Part shown: in pieces, positions 1 through 9,677 of the stretch
How positions within the stretch are numbered: position 1 is the first letter of the stretch
Layout: every line of letters begins with the position of its first letter
NCBI GenBank assembly: GCA_964599695.1
Contig: CAZRGP010000009.1
Location: 1,019 to 65,018 of the forward strand
DNA length: 64,000 bases
Direction of reading: 5' to 3'
Source of the DNA: an uncultured Faecalibacterium sp.
GTDB taxonomy: Bacteria; Bacillota; Clostridia; Oscillospirales; Ruminococcaceae
Made by a program: the position numbers and the translations under genes
Notes under the pieces: generated by a model
What the model saw: only the letters and a program-made list of their open reading frames with translations
Databases searched by the model: none
What the model was told of the DNA's origin: nothing

Positions 1-578
1 AGATACTTGGCGTCCCTGTTGAAGTCTCTTCTCTCTCCTTTTTCCAGATAAATCACTCAGCTACGGAGCTTCTTTATTCTGTTGTAAAAAAACATGTCAC
101 AGGCACAAACAGCAAAACCGTTCTGGATCTTTATTGTGGTGCCGGAACAATCGGCCTTTCAGTAACATCTCCAAATCAGGAGCTGTACGGTGTTGAGGTA
201 ATCGATGATGCAATAAACAGCGCCATCCAATCTGCACAATTAATGAATCGGTCAAATGCACATTTCTACTGTGCGGATGCTTCAAAAATCAAAGATCTTG
301 TTGATCAGGACGTTAAGTTCGACCTGATCATTACAGACCCTCCTCGAAAAGGTTGTTCACCTGACGTTCTAGAGCAAATAATCAGAAGCAACTGTTCAAA
401 AATTGTGATGGTATCCTGTAACGCTGCTACGTTGGCCAGAGATCTGCAAACTTTGGTCGAAAACAACTATCGCATCGAAGACGTTCAACCGGTAGATATG
501 TTCCCCCGGACAAAACATGTGGAAGTTGTTGTCCTGCTATCAAAAGAATCTGAAAACTTAGAACAATATACAGGGTGA
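1..578 (+). CDS. 23S rRNA (uracil-5-)-methyltransferase, RumA/TrmA family, C-terminal part (5' end outside window)
   Basis: Frame 3 is open from the window edge. Translation FFQINHSATELLY...LDLYCGAGTIGLS...IITDPPRKG...MVSCNAATLARDL shows the SAM-binding and catalytic-Cys motifs of this family. Confidence 0.8.
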   Translation, partial: ILGVPVEVSSLSFFQINHSATELLYSVVKKHVTGTNSKTVLDLYCGAGTIGLSVTSPNQELYGVEVIDDAINSAIQSAQLMNRSNAHFYCADASKIKDLVDQDVKFDLIITDPPRKGCSPDVLEQIIRSNCSKIVMVSCNAATLARDLQTLVENNYRIEDVQPVDMFPRTKHVEVVVLLSKESENLEQYTG

Positions 579-695
579 ATACAAGGTTTACGTCTATTAA
601 ACGACAAGGACCTGATATGGATCTTATGAACGCGACGAAAGATGTCAAGAATGTATATACTATGACCCTGAGCAAATCAAAAACGGAGATATACT

Positions 696-1667
696 ATGAT
701 CCTGGAGACAGAAAGACTCGTTCTTCGCCCCTGGAGGGAAACGGACGCTGAGGAATGCTATAAATATGCAAAAGATCCTCTTGTTGGTCCAGCTGCCGGA
801 TGGCCAGTACATACGGATGTTGAAAACAGCCGCCAGGTTATACGGGACATACTCATGAACCCGGACACTTACGCCATAGTCCTGAAAAAGACCGATCTTC
901 CCATAGGATGTATCGGCCTACGTCACAATTCCCAAACAGAAAAAAAGTACGAGGCGGAGCTTGGCTACTGGCTAGGCGTTCCTTATTGGGGTAAAGATCT
1001 CGTCCCAGAGGCAGCTCACGAATTGATTCGCTATGCATTTGAAGACATGAGACTTGACCGGATTTGGTGTTGCTATTTCGATGGCAATATGAAATCAAAA
1101 CGCGTTCAGGAAAAGCTCGGTTTCAGATATCAGTTTACGACCGATATCACAGCTGAGACGGGGCTAGTTAAATCACGAAAAAAGAATGTTAACCTTCTGA
1201 CAAAAGATCAATGGATCTCAGACAGGATCAAAGTTGTAGACAGTAATAAAAGGCAATATATGCAGCTGCTTCTCCTAGCTGATGAACAGGAGAACATGAT
1301 CGACCGTTATCTCGATAGAGGAACACTCTATGTTTTGGAGGATAACGGTGTCGCTAAAGCGGAAACAGTTATCACTATAGAAGATGATGGAATCGCAGAA
1401 ATCAAAAGTCTCGCGGTAGCTCCTGAATATCAGCACAAAGGTTACGGCAGATCAATAATTCGTTTCATTGCCGCCTTATATCGTGGTCGCTGTTCTGTGC
1501 TTCAAGTTGGCACAGGCGACAGCCCGCTTACTGTTCCCTTTTATAGAAGCTGCGGGTTTGTTCAACATCACGTAGACAAGGGTTTCTTTTTGGAGAACTA
1601 TGACCATCCTATCATTGAAGCTGGTAAGCAACTGAAAGATATGGTGTATCTGAGGATGCATCTTTGA
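696..1667 (+). CDS. Fusion of two GNAT N-acetyltransferase domains (RimJ/RimL-like N-terminal half plus a second GNAT half)
   Basis: 323-aa ORF. N-terminal half reads LRPW...DPLVGP...NxxSxRVQEKLGF; C-terminal half reads LAVAPEYQHKGYGRSII...FYRSCGF, a Q/RxxGxG acetyl-CoA motif. Confidence 0.7.
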   Translation: MILETERLVLRPWRETDAEECYKYAKDPLVGPAAGWPVHTDVENSRQVIRDILMNPDTYAIVLKKTDLPIGCIGLRHNSQTEKKYEAELGYWLGVPYWGKDLVPEAAHELIRYAFEDMRLDRIWCCYFDGNMKSKRVQEKLGFRYQFTTDITAETGLVKSRKKNVNLLTKDQWISDRIKVVDSNKRQYMQLLLLADEQENMIDRYLDRGTLYVLEDNGVAKAETVITIEDDGIAEIKSLAVAPEYQHKGYGRSIIRFIAALYRGRCSVLQVGTGDSPLTVPFYRSCGFVQHHVDKGFFLENYDHPIIEAGKQLKDMVYLRMHL

Positions 1668-1703
1668 GCATGAAATGTCATGGACTCACAGAGTGAAGGC
1701 ACT

Positions 1704-1732
1704 TTGACTTTTACCCACTTTGTCAATATACT
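1704..1732 (+). promoter_or_regulatory. Candidate sigma-A promoter for trmB (TTGACT-17nt-TATACT)
   Basis: Hexamers read directly at 1704-1709 and 1727-1732 with 17-nt spacing, about 90 nt upstream of the trmB ATG. Confidence 0.4.
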
Positions 1733-1824
1733 TTAACGGTATGTCTGACTATGATGCCAGCATTTTAGAATGATTTTGGAGCCCGCTTTTTCAAGGAATC
1801 CATTATCTTAGAAGGAGCCACCAA

Positions 1825-2481
1825 ATGAGGTTGCGCAACAGACCGTGGGCACTGCCGGAGTTGGAAGAATGTCCATACTATATCAGCGATGCGTTTACGT
1901 GCAGTGGAAAATGGCATGATATTTTCGCAAATGAAAACCCGATCTGGCTGGAACTGGGATGCGGGAAAGGTCTTTTCCTTGCAGGATACGCCCCCTTTCA
2001 TCCGGAAATCAATTTTATTGGAGCAGATATCAAAAGTCTGATGCTCGCATACGCCAGAAGAAACATTCAAGCGTCGTTTAATAATGTCGGTGCGGACGTT
2101 GTCAACTGCAAACTCCTCTCTCTTGATGTCGAAAGAATCCGGTTCGCCTTTCAGCAGGAAGATCATATTGAAAAAATCCTGATCAACTTTCCTAATCCCT
2201 GGCCAAAGGAAGCCCATAAGAAAAGGCGTCTCACCCATACCAAACAACTTCTCCAATACAAGGCAATCATGTCTCAAGATTCAGAAATCCGTTTCAAAAC
2301 GGACAGTGATATGCTCTACGAGGAAAGCACTCCTTATTTCCAAGAGGCTGGCCTTAACATCGTCGAGCAGCTTGATGATTATTATTCGGTATATCCCGTG
2401 GACTCTTCCCTGCTGACTGAACACGAGCAGAAATTCATGGAAAAAGGAATGCCGATTCACTTCATTCGTGCCACAAAATAG
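1825..2481 (+). CDS. trmB: tRNA (guanine46-N7)-methyltransferase
   Basis: 218 aa. LELGCGKGLFL SAM motif and INFPNPWPKEAHKKRRL motif typical of TrmB. GGAG RBS upstream. Confidence 0.9.
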   Translation: MRLRNRPWALPELEECPYYISDAFTCSGKWHDIFANENPIWLELGCGKGLFLAGYAPFHPEINFIGADIKSLMLAYARRNIQASFNNVGADVVNCKLLSLDVERIRFAFQQEDHIEKILINFPNPWPKEAHKKRRLTHTKQLLQYKAIMSQDSEIRFKTDSDMLYEESTPYFQEAGLNIVEQLDDYYSVYPVDSSLLTEHEQKFMEKGMPIHFIRATK

Positions 2482-2517
2482 CAAAAACTCGGAGTAATCC
2501 GAGTTTTTGCTTTTATT
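2481..2517. terminator. Bidirectional rho-independent terminator between convergent trmB and the amidohydrolase gene
   Basis: GCAAAAACTCGGA-gtaa-TCCGAGTTTTTGC followed by TTTTATT. Confidence 0.8.
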
Positions 2518-2538
2518 GTCTGAATTATTTGAAATGAA

Positions 2539-3714
2539 TCAGTTAGAATTCTCATTTATCCATCTGCTGGTTATCTGTGCAAATGCAGCGCAACAATATG
2601 GAAGAGCGTTTTCATCAAAACGCACATGGGGATTATGAAGCGAATACGTATATCCGTCTTCCGCAGTACCCATACCAACATGATACATGACTGAAGGGAC
2701 TTTCTCAGAGAAATATGCAAAGTCATCCGACCCTTTTACTCCACTGGCATAAGTGGACACACCTTCCTCACCTACCATTTCCTTCAGATACCGGCAGATA
2801 TCATCACACAGTTGCTCATCGTTATAAGTGATCGGAGTCTGGGAAGTAAACTCCACCTCAGCCTTTGCGTGATATACTGCGCATATTTGTTCGATTAGTT
2901 CAACAAATCGCGCCTTGATCACAGGTCTGGAGGAAACGGTAAAGCAGCGTATAGTACCAGTAAGCTCAACTGTTTCGGGAATCACGTTCGGCGCAGTTCC
3001 TCCATGAATGCTACCGAAAGTGATTACATTCGGATCAAGGGCATTGATTTCTCTGGTCTGAAGTGTCTGTACAGCGTCAATGACCTTGGAAGCAATATTA
3101 ATCGGATCCACCCCAGTCTCCGGCGCTGATCCATGAGAAGCTACTCCGGTGATCTTCACCCTGAAAATGTCGCTGCTACTGAGATAATTTCCTTTCCCCA
3201 CATTGTATTTCCCAGTCGGGAATTGAACTTTTGTATGCATGGAGATTGCAGCGTCCACATGAGGATTCTCCAAGACACCCTTTTCGATCATTTCAATGGC
3301 TCCGTGAATGGCTTCTTCATCTGGCTGGAAACACAGACGAACCATGCCTTTCAGTTCACTCTCCACTTCTTTGAGCATCTTTGCGCAAATGAGCAATGAG
3401 GTGCAGTGAAAATCATGTCCGCAGGAATGAGAATTCCCGTTTGTAGCAGCAAACGGCTCACCGCTTACTTCCCTAGATGGCAGCGCATCGATATCTGCCC
3501 GAATAAGGATCACCTTTCCATTGGGATTTCCTATATCCGCTACAATACCACACTGACAGATTTCACGATAACTGCATCCGTATTCAGTGAGCTTCTCTTT
3601 GATATATTTGGTTGTTTCAGGAAGATCGAATCCGATCTCCGGGCATTGATGAAGATGCCTTCTGATCTCTATCGCTTCCGCCTTCAGTTCCTGGGCTCTT
3701 TTGAAAAAATCCAT
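2539..3714 (-). CDS. M20D-family amidohydrolase (N-acyl-L-amino acid amidohydrolase / hippuricase-like)
   Basis: 391 aa. IRRHLHQCPEIGF, RADIDALP, HSCGHD and QPDEE metal-site motifs. Confidence 0.85.
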   Translation of the reverse strand: MDFFKRAQELKAEAIEIRRHLHQCPEIGFDLPETTKYIKEKLTEYGCSYREICQCGIVADIGNPNGKVILIRADIDALPSREVSGEPFAATNGNSHSCGHDFHCTSLLICAKMLKEVESELKGMVRLCFQPDEEAIHGAIEMIEKGVLENPHVDAAISMHTKVQFPTGKYNVGKGNYLSSSDIFRVKITGVASHGSAPETGVDPINIASKVIDAVQTLQTREINALDPNVITFGSIHGGTAPNVIPETVELTGTIRCFTVSSRPVIKARFVELIEQICAVYHAKAEVEFTSQTPITYNDEQLCDDICRYLKEMVGEEGVSTYASGVKGSDDFAYFSEKVPSVMYHVGMGTAEDGYTYSLHNPHVRFDENALPYCCAAFAQITSRWINENSN

Positions 3715-3724
3715 CCTTCACTCC

Positions 3725-4585
3725 TCACAGTTCCAAACTCAGCTGTTCATAGTCTCCGATAATATCATCAATCCGTTCAAGAACGTCCCCGACACCTCCG
3801 CGAAGACAAGTGCTTACCGTGAGATCCATTTTGAAACGGAGATCCATAGGTGCATTTGCTACGCAGATCTTGATTCCCGAAGCAGAAAACATCTCGTCAT
3901 CATTGTGGGAACTACCGATCGCGATCACCTTTGACTTAGGTATACCCAGATACTCACAAAGCTGTCTTAATCCGGTTCCCTTATTCATTCCCCTGTTTAC
4001 GATCTCCACTGCTTCATCGGTCTTTCGAAGATACTGGAAATCGGAAAAATGGTTGTTCTCCCTATACTTCTTGTGGGCAAACTGCTCCAGCGGCGCAAGT
4101 TCTTCCGCCGGTCCCCGAAAAACCACCTTGTTCCAGGTTCCGCGTACATCCTCCAGCTGAGCAAGCATAAACGGAAGATGCTGAAGAGAGAAGCTCCTGT
4201 CCATCTGTTCATTCATTCTGACGGCGTAAACATCTGGTTCCGATACCACTTCCACCCCGATGTGAGGAAACAGGTCCATCACCTCATTGATGACGTCTTT
4301 AACACTCTCCTTGAGTGGCTGGTTAATCAGAGTATTGCTGTCTGAATAATCATAAATATAACTGCCGTTACACAGGATCGCCGGAGCGCTTAAGGGAAGC
4401 CACTCCATAAATCTTTCCACAGATTTCCTGCAGCGCCCAGTACAAAGGGTGAAACGCCCGCCTTTCTCCTCGAACTGCTCAATGGCATCAAGGTTCCGCC
4501 GCGGGATCCCGTACCCTGCCTCAAGAAGGGTGCCATCAACCGCAGTAACGACAAGATATTCAGATAAAGAATTATTAGATCCCAT
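3725..4585 (-). CDS. Cof-type HAD-IIB phosphatase-like protein with a degenerate motif I
   Basis: The ORF runs to 4711, but the upstream part overlaps rluD. Likely start is MGSNNSL at 4585. Motifs: VTAVDGTLL (motif I, Ala in place of the first Asp), TLCTGR, NKGTG, GSSHNDDEMF. Confidence 0.7.
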   Translation of the reverse strand: MGSNNSLSEYLVVTAVDGTLLEAGYGIPRRNLDAIEQFEEKGGRFTLCTGRCRKSVERFMEWLPLSAPAILCNGSYIYDYSDSNTLINQPLKESVKDVINEVMDLFPHIGVEVVSEPDVYAVRMNEQMDRSFSLQHLPFMLAQLEDVRGTWNKVVFRGPAEELAPLEQFAHKKYRENNHFSDFQYLRKTDEAVEIVNRGMNKGTGLRQLCEYLGIPKSKVIAIGSSHNDDEMFSASGIKICVANAPMDLRFKMDLTVSTCLRGGVGDVLERIDDIIGDYEQLSLEL

Positions 4586-5537
4586 TTTTCTCCCTGATAC
4601 TGTCCAAGAATTCTGTAAAATATGGCGGCAGATCCGCCTTAAACTCCATGTACTCTCCTGTTCTGGGATGAACGAAACCCAAGACACCCGCATGAAGGCA
4701 TTGTCCTTCAAATTGTTTTACTTGCTTGCCGCTTCCGTAGAGTTTGTCCCCTACCAGCGGATGGCCCATATACTCCATATGTACCCTGATCTGGTGTGTT
4801 CTTCCTGTTCGGAGGTGCAGTTCGAGATAGGAGTATCCAGGCATCTCCTCCAGGACTCTGTACTCGGTAATCGCAGGCTTGGAGTTTTTGTTCGTCACAC
4901 AGAACTTGATCCGGTCGTTTTCTTTCCTTCCGATCGGCGCATCCACAACACCACTGTTTTCCCTGAAATGACCGTATGCCACGGCGTAGTAGTACCTTGT
5001 CACACTGTGCTCGGCGATCTGCTCGGCAAGCTTCGCGTGAGACGCGTCGTTTTTGGCAACAACGAGAAGTCCGCTCGTATCCTTATCGATCCGATGTACG
5101 ATACCAGGACGTTCCACGCCGTTGATCCCCGAAAGTCTGCCCTTGCAATGGTAAAGCAATGCGTTCACGAGTGTTCCGTCGGGATTCCCTGCACCGGGAT
5201 GGACTACCATCCCTTTCGGCTTATTCACGACCAAAAGGTCGTCATCTTCATAAACGATCTCGATCGGAATATCCTGGGGAAGCGCTTCCAGCGGCCGCGC
5301 CTGCGGTACTTCCACAGCAATCTTCATCCCCATCTTCACCTTCTGGTTCTTACCTGCAGGGTTTCCGTCAACCTGTATATTTCCGTCGGAAAACAGTTTC
5401 TGAACATAACTTCTGCTGAAACGTTCCTCTTCATCAGGAAAATTCCGGACCAGTTCGTTCTGCACGAACTTATCCAGACGTCCCTCATAGGTATCATCGA
5501 TCGTGAACACGATCGTTGTTCCGGCATTTTCCGTCAT
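4575..5537 (-). CDS. rluD: 23S rRNA pseudouridine synthase, RluA family (RluD-like)
   Basis: 320 aa. N-terminal S4 domain and HRIDKDTSGLLVVAKN catalytic motif. Confidence 0.9.
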   Translation of the reverse strand: MTENAGTTIVFTIDDTYEGRLDKFVQNELVRNFPDEEERFSRSYVQKLFSDGNIQVDGNPAGKNQKVKMGMKIAVEVPQARPLEALPQDIPIEIVYEDDDLLVVNKPKGMVVHPGAGNPDGTLVNALLYHCKGRLSGINGVERPGIVHRIDKDTSGLLVVAKNDASHAKLAEQIAEHSVTRYYYAVAYGHFRENSGVVDAPIGRKENDRIKFCVTNKNSKPAITEYRVLEEMPGYSYLELHLRTGRTHQIRVHMEYMGHPLVGDKLYGSGKQVKQFEGQCLHAGVLGFVHPRTGEYMEFKADLPPYFTEFLDSIREKNGI

Positions 5538-5998
5538 ACTTCGAACAATGACTCTTCCTTGGATGTGAATAGATAGATGACCAGGATCGCTACGCCGATA
5601 TCAACGAGGCAATCCGCAAAATTGAATATCGGAAAATCCATGAACAGGAACATGAGATAATCCGTCACGGAACCTATAAACAACCGGTCATACAGGTTAC
5701 CGATCGCACCTGCCGCAATCAGGATGAAAGCACGGCACACCCAGTCATTCTTAAACTTCTTCTTCACCAGGACATAAACGAGTCCAATCGAAAAAATTAG
5801 AGAGATGGCTGCAAGTAGCCCGGTCTTACCTGAAAGTATACCAAAAGCGGCTCCGGTGTTTCCACCTTGAAGAAGCCTGAGTCCGATGACCTTGGGTATA
5901 AGAACGACCGTCTCTCCCGAGGCGAGAAACCTCTCTGCGAGAACCTTAAATACACGGTCCATAAAAGCAAGAATAAAAACAAAAAGCAAATTCATCAT
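5534..5998 (-). CDS. lspA: Lipoprotein signal peptidase II
   Basis: Four-TM protein with NTGAAFG and FNFADCLV motifs. The ORF is open to 6040, but that extension runs through a perfect palindrome, so the start is taken at MMNLLF (5998). Confidence 0.85.
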   Translation of the reverse strand: MMNLLFVFILAFMDRVFKVLAERFLASGETVVLIPKVIGLRLLQGGNTGAAFGILSGKTGLLAAISLIFSIGLVYVLVKKKFKNDWVCRAFILIAAGAIGNLYDRLFIGSVTDYLMFLFMDFPIFNFADCLVDIGVAILVIYLFTSKEESLFEV

Positions 5999-6008
5999 AT
6001 TTACCAAC

Positions 6009-6036
6009 AATGCAGCGGTGAATTCACCGCTGCATT
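6009..6036 (-). terminator. Perfect 28-nt palindrome between ileS and lspA (attenuator or terminator-like hairpin)
   Basis: AATGCAGCGGTGAATTCACCGCTGCATT, only a weak T tract downstream on the minus strand. Confidence 0.4.
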
Positions 6037-6051
6037 GCATTCATCGTTTCT

Positions 6052-8847
6052 TTATCCAAGAATAGCAGCACATCTCGGGCACAGCGTCGGATGTTCCGGA
6101 TCGGCACCGACATTCCTGTCATAGTGCCAGCATCTTTCACACTTTTCACCCTCTGCCTTCTTTACATCTGCGGAGAATCCGTTCCCCTGATATGCACCTT
6201 CTCCCTCTTTCTTCAGGAGGACTTCAGAGGCGATGAAGACATCCGGCAGGTCTTCCAGGACATCTGCCAAGAAATCATAGACCTCGCCCTGAGCATACAG
6301 GGTAATGGCAGCATCGAGGTTGGAACCGATAATCTTCTCCACACGTGCGTTCTCGGTCGCTTTCATAACGTCGGAACGGATTGCAAGAATGCGGTCCCAT
6401 TTCGCTTTCAGTTCTTCGCCGAAAGTGATGTCAAGCGTTGCAGGCATGTCGTTGAGGATGACATTTTCCCTGCTGAAGTTTTTATCCTCGGGGAGCATCT
6501 TCCAGATCTCATCACTGGTAAAGCAGAGAACCGGAGCCAGCAGTCTGGTGATTGCGGAGAGGATGTAATACATCGCAGTCTGCGCTGCACGTCTGGCCTT
6601 GCTGGTGGGTGCCTCCACGTACAGACGATCCTTCACGATATCAAGATAAACGTTGGAGAGGTCCACAACGCAATAGCTGTGAATCGCCCTGTAAACATCG
6701 TTGAACTCGTATGCCTCATATGCATTGAGGGACGTACCGATAACTTCGTTGAGTCTGTTGAGAGCCCAGAGATCCAACTCCTCCAACTGATCGAGAGGAA
6801 CGCAATCCGTATTGGGGTCGAAGTCATTCAGGTTGCCCAGGATAAATCTCGCTGTATTGCGAACCTTGCGGTAGGAATCTGAAAGCTGCTTGAGCACGTC
6901 ATGGGACAGCTTCACATCAGCATGGTAGTCGCAGGAAGCAAACAGAAGACGGAGAATATCCGCGCCGTACTGCTTTGTAACTTCCTGAGGCTCGATGCCG
7001 TTTCCGAGAGACTTGGACATCTTTTTGCCCTGATCATCCACCGTCCAGCCATGGCTGAGAACACCCTTATAAGGCGCTCTGCCGAAGCAGGCAACAGATG
7101 TGAGCAGAGAGGACTGGAACCATCCGCGGTACTGATCTCCGCCTTCGAGATACAGATCGCAGGGCCATTCCTGTTCCGGACGCTGCTGAAGAACAGCGAC
7201 ATGAGAGGAACCGGAATCGAACCATACGTCCATGATATCCTGTTCCTTTGTGAATTCGGTTCCGCCGCAGTATTTGCAGGTCTTCCCGGCAGGGAGGATC
7301 TCGCTTGCTTCTCTCTTGTACCAAGCGTCGGAGCCTTCTTTTTCGAACAATTTCGCGACAGCCTCATTGGTGTCGTGGTCAAACTGGTATTTTCCGCACT
7401 TCTTGCAGTAGAAAGCAGGAATCGGAACACCCCATGCGCGCTGACGGGAAATGCACCAGTCGGTGCGGTCGAGGACCATGGAAGTCATCCTGTCCTTGCC
7501 CCACTCCGGGATCCACTTCACCTCATTGATCGCCTTGACGGTCTCATCCGCAAATCCCTTCACGGAGCAGAACCACTGCTCCGTGGCGCGGAAAAGGACC
7601 GGCTCATGACAGCGCCAGCAGTGAGGATACTGGTGCTTGATCTTCGCACTGGCGAACAGCGCTTTGGTGTCGATCAGTTTCTGAAGGATGATCGGTGTAG
7701 CCTCATCCGTAGTGAGACCCATCAGATCTTCCCCTGCGTCAGCAGTCATCTTGCCGTCGCTGCCTACGACAACGACAACAGGAAGATTGTAGCGATTGCA
7801 GACCTCAAAGTCCTCAAGACCGTGTCCGGAAGCATTGTGAACACAACCGGTACCTGCGTCCATAGTGACGTAGTCGTCGATCATCACGACGGTATCGCGG
7901 TCGAGGAAGGGGTGATGGCTCTTGATATTCTCAAACTCGGCGCCTTTTGCGTGGAGCACCGTCTCGTACTCGGCAACCTTTCCCGCCTTCATGGTCTCGT
8001 CCACGAGTTCGGTCGCCATGACATAATACTCGTCACCGACCTTGACTACGGAGTAATCAAAGTCCGGGTTCAGACAGATGCCCTGGTTTCCCGGAATGGT
8101 CCATGTAGTGGTGGTCCAGATCAGGAAATAGGTCTTTTCGAGAGGAAGCCCGTGCTCCGCGAGGAAACCGTTGTCGCCCGTTGCGGGGAAACGGACATAG
8201 ATGGAGGTGCAGGGATCATCGCTGTACTCGATCTCCGCCTCTGCCAGAGCGGTGCCGCAATGAGAGCACCAATAGACCGGTTTGAGTCCCTTGTAGATAT
8301 ATCCCTTCTCGGCCATCGTTCCGAATACACGGATCTGGCTGGCCTCGAAGTCAGCGGTCATGGTCTTGTAACTGTGGTCGTAGTCACCGAGACAGCCAAG
8401 GCGCTTGAACCCCTTGGTCTGGATGTCGACGTATTTCTGCGCATACTCACGGCAGTGCTTTCTTACGTCCAGTTTGGACATGGACATCTTCTGCTCGTTG
8501 AGCTGACGCATTACACGCAGTTCGATGGGAAGACCGTGTGTATCAAATCCGGGGACAAACGGAGAATAGTATCCTGCCATCAGTTTGTACCGGATAATAA
8601 AATCCTTCAGGATCTTGTTGAGAGCATGCCCGATATGAATATCGCCATTCGCATACGGAGGACCGTCGTGAAGGATGAAGGGCTTTTTCCCTTTATTTCT
8701 CTCCACAGCCTTCTCATAGATGTGGTTTTTCTCCCAATCCTCTACAGAAAGAGGCTCCCGCTGCGCGAGAGATGCACGCATCGGGAATTCTGTCTTAGGA
8801 AGATTTAAAGTTTTGTTGTAATCGACACCCAAGATAATGTACCTCAA
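6052..8847 (-). CDS. ileS: Isoleucyl-tRNA synthetase
   Basis: 931 aa. HIGHALNK and KMSKSLGN class-I signatures and a C-terminal Zn ribbon (CERCWHY...CPRC). Start is non-ATG: TTG at 8847, or TTG at 8832 which has a better-spaced GAGG. Confidence 0.95.
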   Translation of the reverse strand: MRYIILGVDYNKTLNLPKTEFPMRASLAQREPLSVEDWEKNHIYEKAVERNKGKKPFILHDGPPYANGDIHIGHALNKILKDFIIRYKLMAGYYSPFVPGFDTHGLPIELRVMRQLNEQKMSMSKLDVRKHCREYAQKYVDIQTKGFKRLGCLGDYDHSYKTMTADFEASQIRVFGTMAEKGYIYKGLKPVYWCSHCGTALAEAEIEYSDDPCTSIYVRFPATGDNGFLAEHGLPLEKTYFLIWTTTTWTIPGNQGICLNPDFDYSVVKVGDEYYVMATELVDETMKAGKVAEYETVLHAKGAEFENIKSHHPFLDRDTVVMIDDYVTMDAGTGCVHNASGHGLEDFEVCNRYNLPVVVVVGSDGKMTADAGEDLMGLTTDEATPIILQKLIDTKALFASAKIKHQYPHCWRCHEPVLFRATEQWFCSVKGFADETVKAINEVKWIPEWGKDRMTSMVLDRTDWCISRQRAWGVPIPAFYCKKCGKYQFDHDTNEAVAKLFEKEGSDAWYKREASEILPAGKTCKYCGGTEFTKEQDIMDVWFDSGSSHVAVLQQRPEQEWPCDLYLEGGDQYRGWFQSSLLTSVACFGRAPYKGVLSHGWTVDDQGKKMSKSLGNGIEPQEVTKQYGADILRLLFASCDYHADVKLSHDVLKQLSDSYRKVRNTARFILGNLNDFDPNTDCVPLDQLEELDLWALNRLNEVIGTSLNAYEAYEFNDVYRAIHSYCVVDLSNVYLDIVKDRLYVEAPTSKARRAAQTAMYYILSAITRLLAPVLCFTSDEIWKMLPEDKNFSRENVILNDMPATLDITFGEELKAKWDRILAIRSDVMKATENARVEKIIGSNLDAAITLYAQGEVYDFLADVLEDLPDVFIASEVLLKKEGEGAYQGNGFSADVKKAEGEKCERCWHYDRNVGADPEHPTLCPRCAAILG

Positions 8848-8860
8848 TTATAATTTTTTA

Positions 8861-9643
8861 TTATTTCCCGAAGTCAAACTTGTCACCAAAGTCAAGGTTG
8901 CCAAAACGGGATTTTCTTTCCTCTGCCGGTTTCTCTTCCGGGAAAGTCAGCGTTGAGGAAAAATCGTCAAACTTCAGTTCGTCTTCTTTTTCTTCGGTCG
9001 CAGCAACTTCTGCTTCTGCTGCTTCCTCGGCGGCAGCGACTGCCTCCTGAACTTCCTCTACCTTCTCAACAACAGGCTGTACGGGCTCTGCCACTGCTTC
9101 CGGCTCTTCAACGACAGGAGCGGAAACTTTCTCTTCTTCCTCGATATCGCTGGGAAGAGAATTCAGGACTGCCAGGTGGGATTTGTAGATGTCCAGGACC
9201 TTGTTCTTGAACTTCGCGACTTCCTGCTGCATGCGAAGGAAGTTCTGCTCCTCGGTCACGACACGGTTGTTCGCGCTCTCCAGGATCTTCTCCGCCTTCT
9301 GCTGAGCGTCGCGGATGAGGATCTCACTGGTCTGGCGAGCCTCGCCGAGCTTCTCCTCTTTCATCTTTTCCGCGCTGAGGAATGCGTTCTGGATCATATT
9401 CTCTTTGCTTCTGTACTCCTCGAGCTTGTCGGCGATGACGAGCATCTTGTTCTCGAGCTCTTTCTTCTCTCTCTTGACCGCTTCGAGTTCCTGATCCTTC
9501 TCCTGAAGCATGGTCACGGTCTCAGTCTGGAATGCGTCGAACTCGCTTGCTACCTTCTTCAGGAAAGCATCCACGTCTTCGATGGAATATCCGCGCCGAA
9601 CGGTTTCAAAGGAAGTTGAACGAATATCTTTGGAAGTTAACAT
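8861..9643 (-). CDS. divIVA: Cell-division protein DivIVA
   Basis: N-terminus MLTSKDIRSTSFETVRRGYSIEDVDAFLKKV, then coiled coil and an acidic tail. Confidence 0.9.
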   Translation of the reverse strand: MLTSKDIRSTSFETVRRGYSIEDVDAFLKKVASEFDAFQTETVTMLQEKDQELEAVKREKKELENKMLVIADKLEEYRSKENMIQNAFLSAEKMKEEKLGEARQTSEILIRDAQQKAEKILESANNRVVTEEQNFLRMQQEVAKFKNKVLDIYKSHLAVLNSLPSDIEEEEKVSAPVVEEPEAVAEPVQPVVEKVEEVQEAVAAAEEAAEAEVAATEEKEDELKFDDFSSTLTFPEEKPAEERKSRFGNLDFGDKFDFGK

Positions 9644-9677
9644 TTTTCCATCTCCTCACTGTTATGTTTGATCCGTC

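Noticed and set aside
1-4700. The left ~4.7 kb (rumA-like, GNAT fusion, trmB, M20 amidohydrolase, HAD) looks more AT-rich than the rest, hinting at a horizontally acquired block.
   Set aside because: There are no integrase, repeats, tRNA or mobility genes, the gene content is housekeeping-like, and I cannot compute composition here. Evidence is insufficient.
6901-8808. 635-aa plus-strand ORF. Similar long antisense ORFs occur at 37633-39570, 57184-58632, 42295-43458, 4449-5576, 18299-19291, 53859-54920 and elsewhere.
   Set aside because: Each lies exactly opposite a confidently identified housekeeping gene (ileS, uvrC, carboxyltransferase, ffh, rluD, ydbC/HD, priA). Each has an Arg/Leu/Gly/His-rich, low-information composition with no motifs. 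These are shadow ORFs typical of GC-rich third-codon positions.
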